Source of the DNA: a virus
Taxonomy: Duplodnaviria; Caudoviricetes
DNA length: 64,000 bases
Strand: one strand, 5' to 3'
Virus record (IMG/VR): IMGVR_UViG_3300010944_000263
Location: 1 to 64,000 of that record
The number at the start of each line of letters is the position of its first letter. Position 1 is the first letter of the stretch. Of this stretch, positions 53,508 to 61,358 are shown in pieces. A program made the translations under genes and the position numbers. The notes below the pieces were generated by a model. That model was not told the DNA's origin. It was given only the letters and a program-made list of their open reading frames with translations, and made no database searches.

Positions 53508-53885
53508 CTAGCGTCTCTTCACAGTAAGACCGTAACTTCCAAGCATTCCTTGCTTTCGGTAAACTTCCAAAGATCCGCCTTTTTCCGCAGTCCCCCACGT
53601 TGCCGCGTCTACTTTCTCGGAAAATGTCTCTCCCCCTACCTTTACTATCAGAACCCACTCTTCTTCTGAGTAGGTTGTCATAACCACTGGACTTGTGGAC
53701 TTTCCGCCAACCGGAAATCCAACCCCTGTTCCGCTAGAAGCAGGTGAATATACCTTGTCAATCACTACTCCAGATCCGACTGTGATTTTTGATGCCGACG
53801 CCATGTCGACAATAGAAAAAACACCGAACAAGCAAAGCAGGCATACTCCTACTGCTGCAATCGAAGCCAAGATATTGCTTCCCAT
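53508..53885 (-). CDS. Membrane-anchored hypothetical protein
   Basis: N-terminal TM helix followed by an OB-like beta domain; GGGAG SD. Confidence 0.65.
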   Translation of the reverse strand: MGSNILASIAAVGVCLLCLFGVFSIVDMASASKITVGSGVVIDKVYSPASSGTGVGFPVGGKSTSPVVMTTYSEEEWVLIVKVGGETFSEKVDAATWGTAEKGGSLEVYRKQGMLGSYGLTVKRR

Positions 53886-53941
53886 CAACTCTCCCCTTGC
53901 GGCTGCTAAACCGGCACTTGTGGTGCATCGAATTGTTAAGG

Positions 53942-54046
53942 CGTCCGGCGAGGGAACGACCCTCATTCGCCCGTGCTTGACTCGGCCTAGGCCTTATCGG
54001 GAGGTCAGCCCGAACACGAACAACGCTTCTGCGTCACCACCGGACG
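53942..54046 (-). ncRNA. Possible tRNA-like structured RNA
   Basis: Terminal stem CGTCCGG/CCGGACG closed next to a GAGGG-TCGTT-CCCTC hairpin. Confidence 0.3.
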
Positions 54047-54196
54047 TAAATCGCAGTCAAAGCCATCCTGCGTTGGGGACTTCGCTTACCTACTAGCAGC
54101 CACCACAGCCACTTTCGGTTTCCCTTTCGATGGAGCACTTACGCCCTTTTCCCGCATCGCTCGGTAAGGCTGGTTAAGCCGATCTTGCTTGTTAAG

Positions 54197-54287
54197 TGGA
54201 TAGGACAGGGATCGAACCTGCTTAACGATGGAAATTTAAGGAGCGACGCATCGTGATTCCTCCACCGACTGACCTTCCAGCCTATCC
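54197..54287 (-). ncRNA. tRNA-like element (acceptor stem and T-arm; non-canonical D and anticodon arms)
   Basis: GGATAGG...CCTATCC-A; T-arm GCAGG-TTCGATC-CCTGT; internal ACGATG/CATCGT stem; no encoded CCA. Confidence 0.5.
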
Positions 54288-54464
54288 ATGTTGGCCGTCT
54301 CTCCGACCTGTCACGCAATGTCGCTACTATTTTCCCACAAACCATGCGTTATCGTTGGGTCAATCCTTATGCCGTAGCTGGCTGGTCCGCGTCTCTCATG
54401 GCCACGACGCGGCAAGGTGTAGCGGATTTCTCCGCTGGCCCGCCTGACTCTGTATAGCGGATGG

Positions 54465-54698
54465 CTACTCCGCACTTGCTTTCAAATGCTCGCCGAGCCC
54501 CATCGCAAAAATGCGCTGTCGCAACACGGTTCGGTAAGACATCATGATGTCAAACTGGACTTCAAGGCGATAACGCTCATCACGATCTAGATTGCGAAAA
54601 GCCTCCGTCTCGAAAAACAGACCAAGATTTTCTGTGCGATCGCGTAGCTCATTTGCTTCTTCGATGACACGTTGTTGATATGGCAACACTTCCGACAT
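54465..54698 (-). CDS. crAss001_48-like small helical protein
   Basis: LPYQQRVIEEANELRDRTENL..F..L...ER.RL..Q...M..Y..VL.QRI pattern. Confidence 0.65.
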   Translation of the reverse strand: MSEVLPYQQRVIEEANELRDRTENLGLFFETEAFRNLDRDERYRLEVQFDIMMSYRTVLRQRIFAMGLGEHLKASAE

Positions 54699-54739
54699 AT
54701 CCAATCCCTCCCGCACGCGCCGATAAACCAGCCGCACTT

Positions 54740-55066
54740 CTAAGTTGTCAAATTTCGGATCGCATCAATCGCAGCGTTCGCAGAGTCACGCAGCGCGTCG
54801 TATTCAACCAAGTTTTCGCACTCAACCTTTCCAGGCTCTTCACCAACAAGCGTTTCTGTGAACGTGCAATCAGCGACCGCAACGACAGTAGCAATACAGG
54901 TAGAAACTGTCTTTGCCTCGTCCTCCCCTGGGCACCCGCAAACGCTCGTCATTCCTCCTGGATGGTGGATTCTCACAACCCATTCGTCACCGTGCTCGTC
55001 AAAGTGGTACGCCACACGAACACCTTCTAAAATCGAAACTGGACCACTAGATTCGTTGTCGCTCAT
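54740..55066 (-). CDS. Hypothetical protein
   Basis: 108-aa acidic ORF. Confidence 0.55.
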   Translation of the reverse strand: MSDNESSGPVSILEGVRVAYHFDEHGDEWVVRIHHPGGMTSVCGCPGEDEAKTVSTCIATVVAVADCTFTETLVGEEPGKVECENLVEYDALRDSANAAIDAIRNLTT

Positions 55067-55085
55067 AACTTACCTGCCTTTGCCT

Positions 55086-55295
55086 CTATTGTTTCCGTTT
55101 CTTGGTCCTGCTCTTCCACGCAGCGAACTCCGCTGTACTGAGAACCAATTCATCTACAAACCTCGAAGCGTTCGAGATGGATCGAAGAAACTCGTAGGCT
55201 TCCGGCGAGAACTGAACGTTCTTCGCTTTCCGCTTCGAAGCAGCCTTCATCGGCTTTCGACCTGCACCCTTACGCTTGCCACCCTTTTTGCTCAT
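55086..55295 (-). CDS. Small DNA-binding protein (GGKRKGAGRKP + ribbon-helix-helix-like)
   Basis: AT-hook-like GGKRKGAGRK, then strand-helix-helix NVQFSPEAYEFL...SRFVDELV; first gene after the promoter. Confidence 0.65.
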   Translation of the reverse strand: MSKKGGKRKGAGRKPMKAASKRKAKNVQFSPEAYEFLRSISNASRFVDELVLSTAEFAAWKSRTKKRKQ

Positions 55296-55331
55296 GGAGT
55301 TCCTTTCGACGAGCGTCGTTCACTCCTGGGT

Positions 55332-55360
55332 ATTCTATCGGCATCTATGATTTAAGGCAA
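55332..55360 (-). promoter_or_regulatory. Sigma70-type promoter of the accessory cassette
   Basis: TTGCCT-17 bp-TAGAAT with an A/T-rich UP region. Confidence 0.75.
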
Positions 55361-55421
55361 CAGGTTTTTCAAAAGATTTTCAACCGAGGACAATTGCGGT
55401 CGTCTCCGGTGCAGCGTGTTG

Positions 55422-55441
55422 TTTGTGCCAAGTTGTCAAAG
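55422..55441 (+). repeat. Right copy of the 20-bp direct repeat, TTTGTGCCAAGTTGTCAAAG
   Basis: 19/20 identical to 48875-48894. Confidence 0.8.
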
Positions 55442-55465
55442 ACAAGTGCCGGTGAACAATCCGCA

Positions 55466-56761
55466 CTAGCTGAGTGTCAATGTCGTGCTACGAGTCGTAC
55501 CGTCTGAACCGCGATATTTGACAGTAAGCGTCGTGTTGCTAGTCGCTTCAATCGCTAGCTCTCCATTCGCGCCAAGTGTGATTGAACTAGCCGGAGTAGA
55601 GACAACGTTCCCGTAAAACTTAGCGTGTTTTGTTGATGGATTAAGATCAAGTATTTGGCCCCCCGAACCAAGCCAGTAACCACTTACATTGTCGGCGAAC
55701 CTATAGAGTCCTGCTGACCTATCGAACCCCTGTACAACTCCTACGTTACCTGTAGTTGTAGTCCTAATGCATGCGTCACCCCCAGCCAAACCCACGGAAA
55801 GCACAAGTTCGGAGTTGGAGTATTGTCCTGAACCGTTGTTAAATACCTCAATTGTCGCAGGTCCGTTGCGTGAAGCAATTCCATAGTACATTCTCATAGT
55901 GCCGGTGTCTGAACCACCTGCGTTAACTTGCCATACTATCGGATCTGCTCCCGATGTTGTTGCAATTGTGCGACTAGCTGGTTTTGCGTAGGTTGCTTCC
56001 GTAACCTGGTAAGTTGGTGCGGTTACATAAAGCCTATCCAAGTTGTCGATGTACGGAAGATTTACATAGCTGTTTCCCGCAGCATTAAGCTGTGCGTGAA
56101 AATTGTGGTTGTTTAGCCCCCATCTATGTAGCTGGGCCGTTGTGAATGTAACGACATTATCAACCCAATCATACTTAATTTTTTGGGTTCCATCGAAAGC
56201 ATAATTGGCGAAGGTCTGCGTATAGAAGCCTGCACTTGAGCCCGCGTTCTTGTCGTTTTTGTCGACGGGCACGATCATTGAAAATGATCTATGCGGTGTT
56301 CCGTCTACGTGCTGGCCCTCTATGTGCCATTCCATCACGTATGGCCCGGAGTTATTCAGTAAGTACTTGCTTTCAGTAGAAACGAAAATACTTGGCTCAG
56401 CCGTGTTTTGCCTTTCGACGTTATAACCGTATCGATGTACGATGTTTTGATAACCGCCATCCTCGGGAAGGTTGAATTGGTCTTGAACGAAAGAAAACTC
56501 GCGGTTTGCTTCTGGTGCTGGCGTGTTGATCGTGAGCCCTACTACTTCGCCTGACAAGGCATAGTCGAGAAGCAAATCGTTGACTTCGCTCGGCTTGTAG
56601 TGTGCAAACGCAAGCGAGTTCCACGCAGTCGCACCGTCGCCGATCTTGATCTTGCCGTTCGTTTCGTCGTAGCCAAACTCACCCGACGACAGCACTGGAT
56701 TCGCAGTGCTCCACGCCGATGCTGTCCCGCGTCGAACTTGTACTTTGCGAATCACGCTCAT
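55466..56761 (-). CDS. Fibre/spike protein with hyaluronidase/Mtd-type N-terminal domain
   Basis: QVRRGTASAWSTANPVLSSGEFGYDETNGKIKIGDGATAWNSL. Confidence 0.75.
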   Translation of the reverse strand: MSVIRKVQVRRGTASAWSTANPVLSSGEFGYDETNGKIKIGDGATAWNSLAFAHYKPSEVNDLLLDYALSGEVVGLTINTPAPEANREFSFVQDQFNLPEDGGYQNIVHRYGYNVERQNTAEPSIFVSTESKYLLNNSGPYVMEWHIEGQHVDGTPHRSFSMIVPVDKNDKNAGSSAGFYTQTFANYAFDGTQKIKYDWVDNVVTFTTAQLHRWGLNNHNFHAQLNAAGNSYVNLPYIDNLDRLYVTAPTYQVTEATYAKPASRTIATTSGADPIVWQVNAGGSDTGTMRMYYGIASRNGPATIEVFNNGSGQYSNSELVLSVGLAGGDACIRTTTTGNVGVVQGFDRSAGLYRFADNVSGYWLGSGGQILDLNPSTKHAKFYGNVVSTPASSITLGANGELAIEATSNTTLTVKYRGSDGTTRSTTLTLS

Positions 56762-57000
56762 GGAGTTCCTCCGTCAATTTCTTCTTCGAATGTGGTCGAT
56801 GGTGTTCCTCCATCAATGTCAGCTAGCTCGGCTGCAATTGCGGATTGCAGATCCTCCATTGCCACGCCATCGATCCACTCGAACTGCGCCAAGTTCCCGC
56901 TAACCGACACAACACGAAGAGACTTACCAGACGCTCCAGCATCGTTGGGCATACGAATACGCTGAAACTCGTCTCCCGGCTGGACTACTGGAGGAATCAT
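56758..57000 (-). CDS. Small structural protein (DIDGGTP repeats)
   Basis: IDGGTP twice; GAGGT SD. Confidence 0.6.
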   Translation of the reverse strand: MIPPVVQPGDEFQRIRMPNDAGASGKSLRVVSVSGNLAQFEWIDGVAMEDLQSAIAAELADIDGGTPSTTFEEEIDGGTP

Positions 57001-57078
57001 CTGAACCTCAATGCACAATGGAATGAATCAAAAACGCTGAGGGCTGTTAGCGTCAGCCCTCAGCCAAACAAATGCTGA

Positions 57079-57930
57079 CTAGAGCATTTGAGCGCCAGCA
57101 ATCCAATCCACCTTCAAGTTCAAAGCGGCGTTGCCAGCGATGTCCTTGATACCGATGATCGGAGCCAAGAGAACGTCATCAGGGAACGTCGCTGCATCGA
57201 TCTCCGAAGAGGTCAAGCGAGCCGGGGCTGCACCAGTACCAGCCAAGACGCCGTTGACGTACCACTCAACCATCTTCGGAACGGCTCGGTATCGGAAGCC
57301 GAGCTTGACGTAGGTATCGGCAACCATCGTCGCCAATGCGTTCAGCTTCGTCTTTGTCGCACCGTCTTGGTACGTTTGACCATCAGCCTTGTAAGCACCG
57401 TCTACCGCGGCTCCTTCGGCTTGCAAGTGAACGAACCCAAGAAAGTTCTTGTCAGCCAACGCGCCAGTGGTGTCAACGAACAATCCGTCCGTCGCTCCCA
57501 TGCTGACTTCGCCAAGACCAACGCCCCAAGACCACTTGGCGGCAGTGATTGCACTAACGCTGATGCGAGTCTCGAACACGAGGTCACGGTTGGCAAGCAA
57601 GAACGGAGCTCCAAGCCCTCTCCCCCACTGCAAAACAGCTTCGTCGTTGGCGGCGTTTCCGTCGACAGCCAACTGAACCAAACCTTTTTCGGTCGTGGTG
57701 TCAGCAATCTGCTCGATGGTGCAACCAGTGCCTTCGAGAATCCGATATGGACCTTCGAGAGAAGACGCCTGAAACGAGTGAAAGTTGTCGTAAAACCCGA
57801 AACAAGGATTCCCAGACTGCGAAATCGTCGTCGTCCCAAGAGGACCAAACGAAGTTGGAGGAGCGAACCCTTTCCACAACTTCCCGCCAGAAGGAAGGTA
57901 GCCGATGCTCAATTCATCAAAAGTAATCAT
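57079..57930 (-). CDS. Capsid decoration/minor capsid protein candidate
   Basis: 283 aa, beta-rich, directly after the major capsid gene. Confidence 0.55.
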   Translation of the reverse strand: MITFDELSIGYLPSGGKLWKGFAPPTSFGPLGTTTISQSGNPCFGFYDNFHSFQASSLEGPYRILEGTGCTIEQIADTTTEKGLVQLAVDGNAANDEAVLQWGRGLGAPFLLANRDLVFETRISVSAITAAKWSWGVGLGEVSMGATDGLFVDTTGALADKNFLGFVHLQAEGAAVDGAYKADGQTYQDGATKTKLNALATMVADTYVKLGFRYRAVPKMVEWYVNGVLAGTGAAPARLTSSEIDAATFPDDVLLAPIIGIKDIAGNAALNLKVDWIAGAQML

Positions 57931-57998
57931 TGTGTTTTCCCTTTCAAGGAAGATGTGGGATTGTCTCAGCTTTGGGTGAGCGTTGTCCCATTATAAAG

Positions 57999-58031
57999 TT
58001 GGCGGGCGTACTTTTTCGTCTCGCCCGCCAA
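57999..58031. terminator. Hairpin after the major capsid gene
   Basis: TTGGCGGGCG-13 nt-CGCCCGCCAA; weak U-tract. Confidence 0.5.
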
Positions 58032-58041
58032 AGACGTTAGA

Positions 58042-58064
58042 TTTTGTGACACGCTGTCACAAAA
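58042..58064. repeat. Perfect palindrome TTTTGTGACA-CGC-TGTCACAAAA
   Basis: Intergenic, just downstream of the capsid gene stop. Confidence 0.9.
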
Positions 58065-58083
58065 CCATCACGCAAGCACTAGC

Positions 58084-59202
58084 TTACGCGGATTCTTCAA
58101 CGGTTTGCGTGCAGTAACCACGGAAGTTACCGCGACGATTGAAGCAAACCATCTGCACCGAGTCATCCATGCAGCGAACGCGAACGTTGCTCATTTCTGG
58201 GTGCTGGAACGCCTTTCGCTTACGCATCTGACGACCAGCAGCGTAGTAAGCCTTAAACGTCGCCCAGTTCACACCGAGGATAATCCCGTCCGTTCGAGCA
58301 TTGACGCTCGAGGAGTTCGTCCAAGCTGGCACCCACGTCATTGGAACACCGCGGACGAAGACCGTTCCGCTGTGCGCCGCCATATCGTCACCAATGTTGT
58401 CATTGCCGAGCTGCAGCAATCGACGACTGGACGAAAGAACGCTGTGAGTGGTCAGCAATTCCCAGTCATGCCGCTTTTGGTCAACGATGTCTGGTCGCTG
58501 AACAGGCGGAATGAAGTGGCAAAGGTCCATCGACTTGATGACCTTCTCGACAAAATCGTTTCGGTCAACGCTGGTGTACGGGAACGTACGGTTTCGCCAT
58601 TGCGGGTAATCCGTACAAGAGATTCCACCAACACCATTGTTCGCCCAACCAACTGGCTCCATGCCGTTGAATCCCTCCAAAGCGTTATTTTCAGAAACGC
58701 TATCGCTGGTCGATGTGATCCACCAGAGAAGAGACGCAACAGTGAAAGGAGACTGAGTAGGACCAGTAGGACCAGGACCAAACACCAAATCTTCCATCCC
58801 GGTATAGAACGAGGTAATCAAATCCCGCTCCATGTCTTCGATGTAGTCGTAAATCTGACGACCACCCGTTCGGAAGATTTCTTCGTCAATGTCGTAGTGG
58901 TAGTTGTTGGTGGTCAAAGCCCACTTCAACTCGCCTTCATCCAGCGTGTTCACGCGGGTAGAAGAATCTCGGTGGTAGAGACCAACCGTTTGGAAGTTGT
59001 CGTTGGTATTGACTTTGACTTTCCACTTGCACTGCGACGTGCTCATGGTGTCCTTCTTGAGATTCCCCGAGAAGAGACGCGATGCGTACTTGTACTCTTG
59101 CAACGGCAAGGACAAGTCCTGCGCTGCAAGCTGTTCTTCGCCAGCAAACTTCTGATGAATGCTGTTTACAAAATCGTCAATTTGCTCAATCGATAGAGCC
59201 AT
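58084..59202 (-). CDS. Major capsid protein
   Basis: 372 aa; follows portal and scaffold; AAGGGA SD; call is based mainly on synteny and size. Confidence 0.75.
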   Translation of the reverse strand: MALSIEQIDDFVNSIHQKFAGEEQLAAQDLSLPLQEYKYASRLFSGNLKKDTMSTSQCKWKVKVNTNDNFQTVGLYHRDSSTRVNTLDEGELKWALTTNNYHYDIDEEIFRTGGRQIYDYIEDMERDLITSFYTGMEDLVFGPGPTGPTQSPFTVASLLWWITSTSDSVSENNALEGFNGMEPVGWANNGVGGISCTDYPQWRNRTFPYTSVDRNDFVEKVIKSMDLCHFIPPVQRPDIVDQKRHDWELLTTHSVLSSSRRLLQLGNDNIGDDMAAHSGTVFVRGVPMTWVPAWTNSSSVNARTDGIILGVNWATFKAYYAAGRQMRKRKAFQHPEMSNVRVRCMDDSVQMVCFNRRGNFRGYCTQTVEESA

Positions 59203-59220
59203 TTGGAAATTCCCTTATTG

Positions 59221-60201
59221 TTAAGCTCGTTCAAGCTCACGATAGAGCCTGTCCGCTTCGTCACGAGGATCTTCCCGCAACGGAGTAGGCTTCGTTGGGC
59301 TTCCACCCTGTCGAAGCTGGCTTTGCCGTGAAATCTTCTGAGTCTGTTGTTTCAATCGTTTCTTACTCAATTCGTCCGAGAACACCATGTCGGCAACTCG
59401 GGCAACCAACTTATCGTCGAGCTTGGTTGGACGACCCAACCGCTCAAGACCAAGCAACTGGGCTTTGACAGCAACGTGCAGATCCCTGCGGCGCTCCAGT
59501 TCCTTTGCCGACTCGCTGCCTGTCTTTCCGAACAAATCAGAATGACCAAGAGAATCGATAAAGTTGTCAAATTGCCTTTCTTCTTCCTTGGCACTCACTT
59601 CCATGAAATGAGACTCCAAAGCCTCGAGACGCGATTCGTAATGGTCGCGCATACGCTCGAACTCATTCACAATCTCGTCATCATAGATGTCTTTGCTCAA
59701 CGAAATTTGATACCGACCGTCTTTTGGCTTTTCCGCCTCAGAATCGTCTGTATCCGACTCTCCATTTTTGACAAACTGCCCTTTTTCATTGCGAGTCTTA
59801 TTCGACTCACCCTCAACCGTCGCTTTGCGTCCGGCTTCAAGAGCTGTCTTGTCAATCAGGCGCAGAGCCCTGCTCAACTCCTCACGACTGGCAAAATCAG
59901 ACAGGTCCGATTCATCAATGCCATACGCGGCAACCTCGGCTTTCACGTCATCGTCTACCCAATCAGGAAACGACGATTCATCACCGGATAACTCGCCTTG
60001 GTCTAATTCCTCGGCGGATTCACTGCTGGCATTTTTCTCAGCAGATGGCTTTGTTGCTGACGACACTTCACTAACAATCTGTGCGTCAGACTTTGTTTCA
60101 CCTTGTCGCTCGGCCGCAACTTCTTGAACGACGCTTTCAGCGTAGGAACGGATCTCTTCCGAGCTCATGTTTTCGTTAAGGTCGATTTCTTTACTCATCA
60201 C
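59221..60201 (-). CDS. Scaffolding protein
   Basis: Highly acidic, helical, directly upstream of the capsid gene. Confidence 0.7.
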   Translation of the reverse strand: MMSKEIDLNENMSSEEIRSYAESVVQEVAAERQGETKSDAQIVSEVSSATKPSAEKNASSESAEELDQGELSGDESSFPDWVDDDVKAEVAAYGIDESDLSDFASREELSRALRLIDKTALEAGRKATVEGESNKTRNEKGQFVKNGESDTDDSEAEKPKDGRYQISLSKDIYDDEIVNEFERMRDHYESRLEALESHFMEVSAKEEERQFDNFIDSLGHSDLFGKTGSESAKELERRRDLHVAVKAQLLGLERLGRPTKLDDKLVARVADMVFSDELSKKRLKQQTQKISRQSQLRQGGSPTKPTPLREDPRDEADRLYRELERA

Positions 60202-61039
60202 CGTATTCCCCGTTCTTAATTAGTTGTTTTTTGCGATGCAGGATGTGCATTGGGTTTTTAGCTCGCATACGCTCGCCAACTTCACCTAACATACGCTTTG
60301 AATCATCAACTCGCTTGCATGCCATACAGCAAAATCGTTTTTCTGGATCTCGTGTTGCAACGCTTTCACCGCATGTCTCACAAAAAAAGAAACGAACAGG
60401 ACGCATAGCTGTCGCTTCTATTGCACACAATTGTGAGCAATATTTGCGTGTTGCTTTTTTAGCCACAAACTGTTTATTGCAATGTCCGCATAGTACAACC
60501 TTGCGTTTTGAACACCTTTTGAACAATGCCACCGGCAATTCTGGATGACGAGAATGATGACACCGCCAGCAAAGAGTTTCTCCATTCGAAAGCTCGTATC
60601 TCAAATCTGGAGCTTCGTTCCATCCTTTAATGTGATGAGCCTGCAGCCCTTCCGTTGCGCCACAATCAACGCATTTCAAATCTCTCTTGACGATCTCTCT
60701 GGACCACACACGAAACTCTAGTGATCTTCTACCAGCATTTTTTCCTGACCGCCTTGCAATCCCTCTCGCCGTTGCACTGCATTTGTTTGAGCAATACTGC
60801 ACATTGCCTCTTGGGCGATCTTCTACGAATTCATTCCCGCATTGCTTGCACTTGTACGACTTGCGTGGTTTTTTGTCGCTACGGATCTTACGACCGTACC
60901 GTTGACACTCTCTGCTGCAAAACACACCTTTTCCAACATCAATATTAGACTGTTTTGCTAGAAAATCTTTTCCGCAATGCCTGCATTTTTTTTGAACTAA
61001 TGGCCTACGTGGTGATCTGATTTTTGGATATTCAGCCAT
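60191..61039 (-). CDS. HNH endonuclease with multiple CxxC/CSxxC zinc modules
   Basis: RDLKCVDCG...AHHIKGW...RYELSNGETLCWRCH; four FCS/YCS-type repeats. Confidence 0.85.
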   Translation of the reverse strand: MAEYPKIRSPRRPLVQKKCRHCGKDFLAKQSNIDVGKGVFCSRECQRYGRKIRSDKKPRKSYKCKQCGNEFVEDRPRGNVQYCSNKCSATARGIARRSGKNAGRRSLEFRVWSREIVKRDLKCVDCGATEGLQAHHIKGWNEAPDLRYELSNGETLCWRCHHSRHPELPVALFKRCSKRKVVLCGHCNKQFVAKKATRKYCSQLCAIEATAMRPVRFFFCETCGESVATRDPEKRFCCMACKRVDDSKRMLGEVGERMRAKNPMHILHRKKQLIKNGEYGDE

Positions 61040-61355
61040 CAGAGTACCCTCCCTCATTATCAACCAATCCCCTCATCGAAAGGAATTCCTTACGTGCTCG
61101 GCGGCTTGTAAAACGAATCTGACCGCTATCCAACACAGCGGCGCCTTGAATTCTGTGTTTTTCAATCAACTGCCGTGTTTCGCCAACCTGAGCTCGCATC
61201 ACGCCGCATCCTTCCGAAATAAGCGGATTGTGCTCGGTGTACGTGTTCGCAGCCATAGAAGGCGACTCGAGCCAATCAGCCTTTCGAGGCATCAGCTTGT
61301 CGAGCTCTTCGGAAGTAACGACCTTACCTTTGTACTTGTGAACAACTCCTGCCAT
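61032..61355 (-). CDS. Hypothetical protein
   Basis: 107 aa between portal and HNH. Confidence 0.65.
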   Translation of the reverse strand: MAGVVHKYKGKVVTSEELDKLMPRKADWLESPSMAANTYTEHNPLISEGCGVMRAQVGETRQLIEKHRIQGAAVLDSGQIRFTSRRARKEFLSMRGLVDNEGGYSDG

Positions 61356-61358
61356 TTT

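Noticed and set aside
54197-54287. Call as a standard tRNA-Leu(TAA), tRNA-Sec or tmRNA
   Set aside because: No 5-bp anticodon stem, D-arm or tag-peptide region could be built; kept only as tRNA-like
54465-54698. Anti-CBASS Acb2
   Set aside because: Lacks the Acb2/Vs.4 GY and RAxxQP features as I recall them; matches the crAss001_48-like pattern instead
55399-55411. GTCGTCTCCGGTG resembles the 5' part of E. coli selC as I recall it (possible att site)
   Set aside because: Short match with no surrounding tRNA-Sec structure, and att sites usually duplicate tRNA 3' ends
55466-56761. Diversity-generating retroelement suggested by the Mtd-like N-terminus
   Set aside because: No reverse transcriptase or template/variable repeat pair seen in the window
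58105-59196. 363-aa + strand ORF opposite the capsid gene (similar long antisense ORFs at 41204-42388, 57088-57996, 62232-63104, 38414-39358)
   Set aside because: Antisense shadows of well-supported genes, with no SD, motifs or operon context; explained by codon bias
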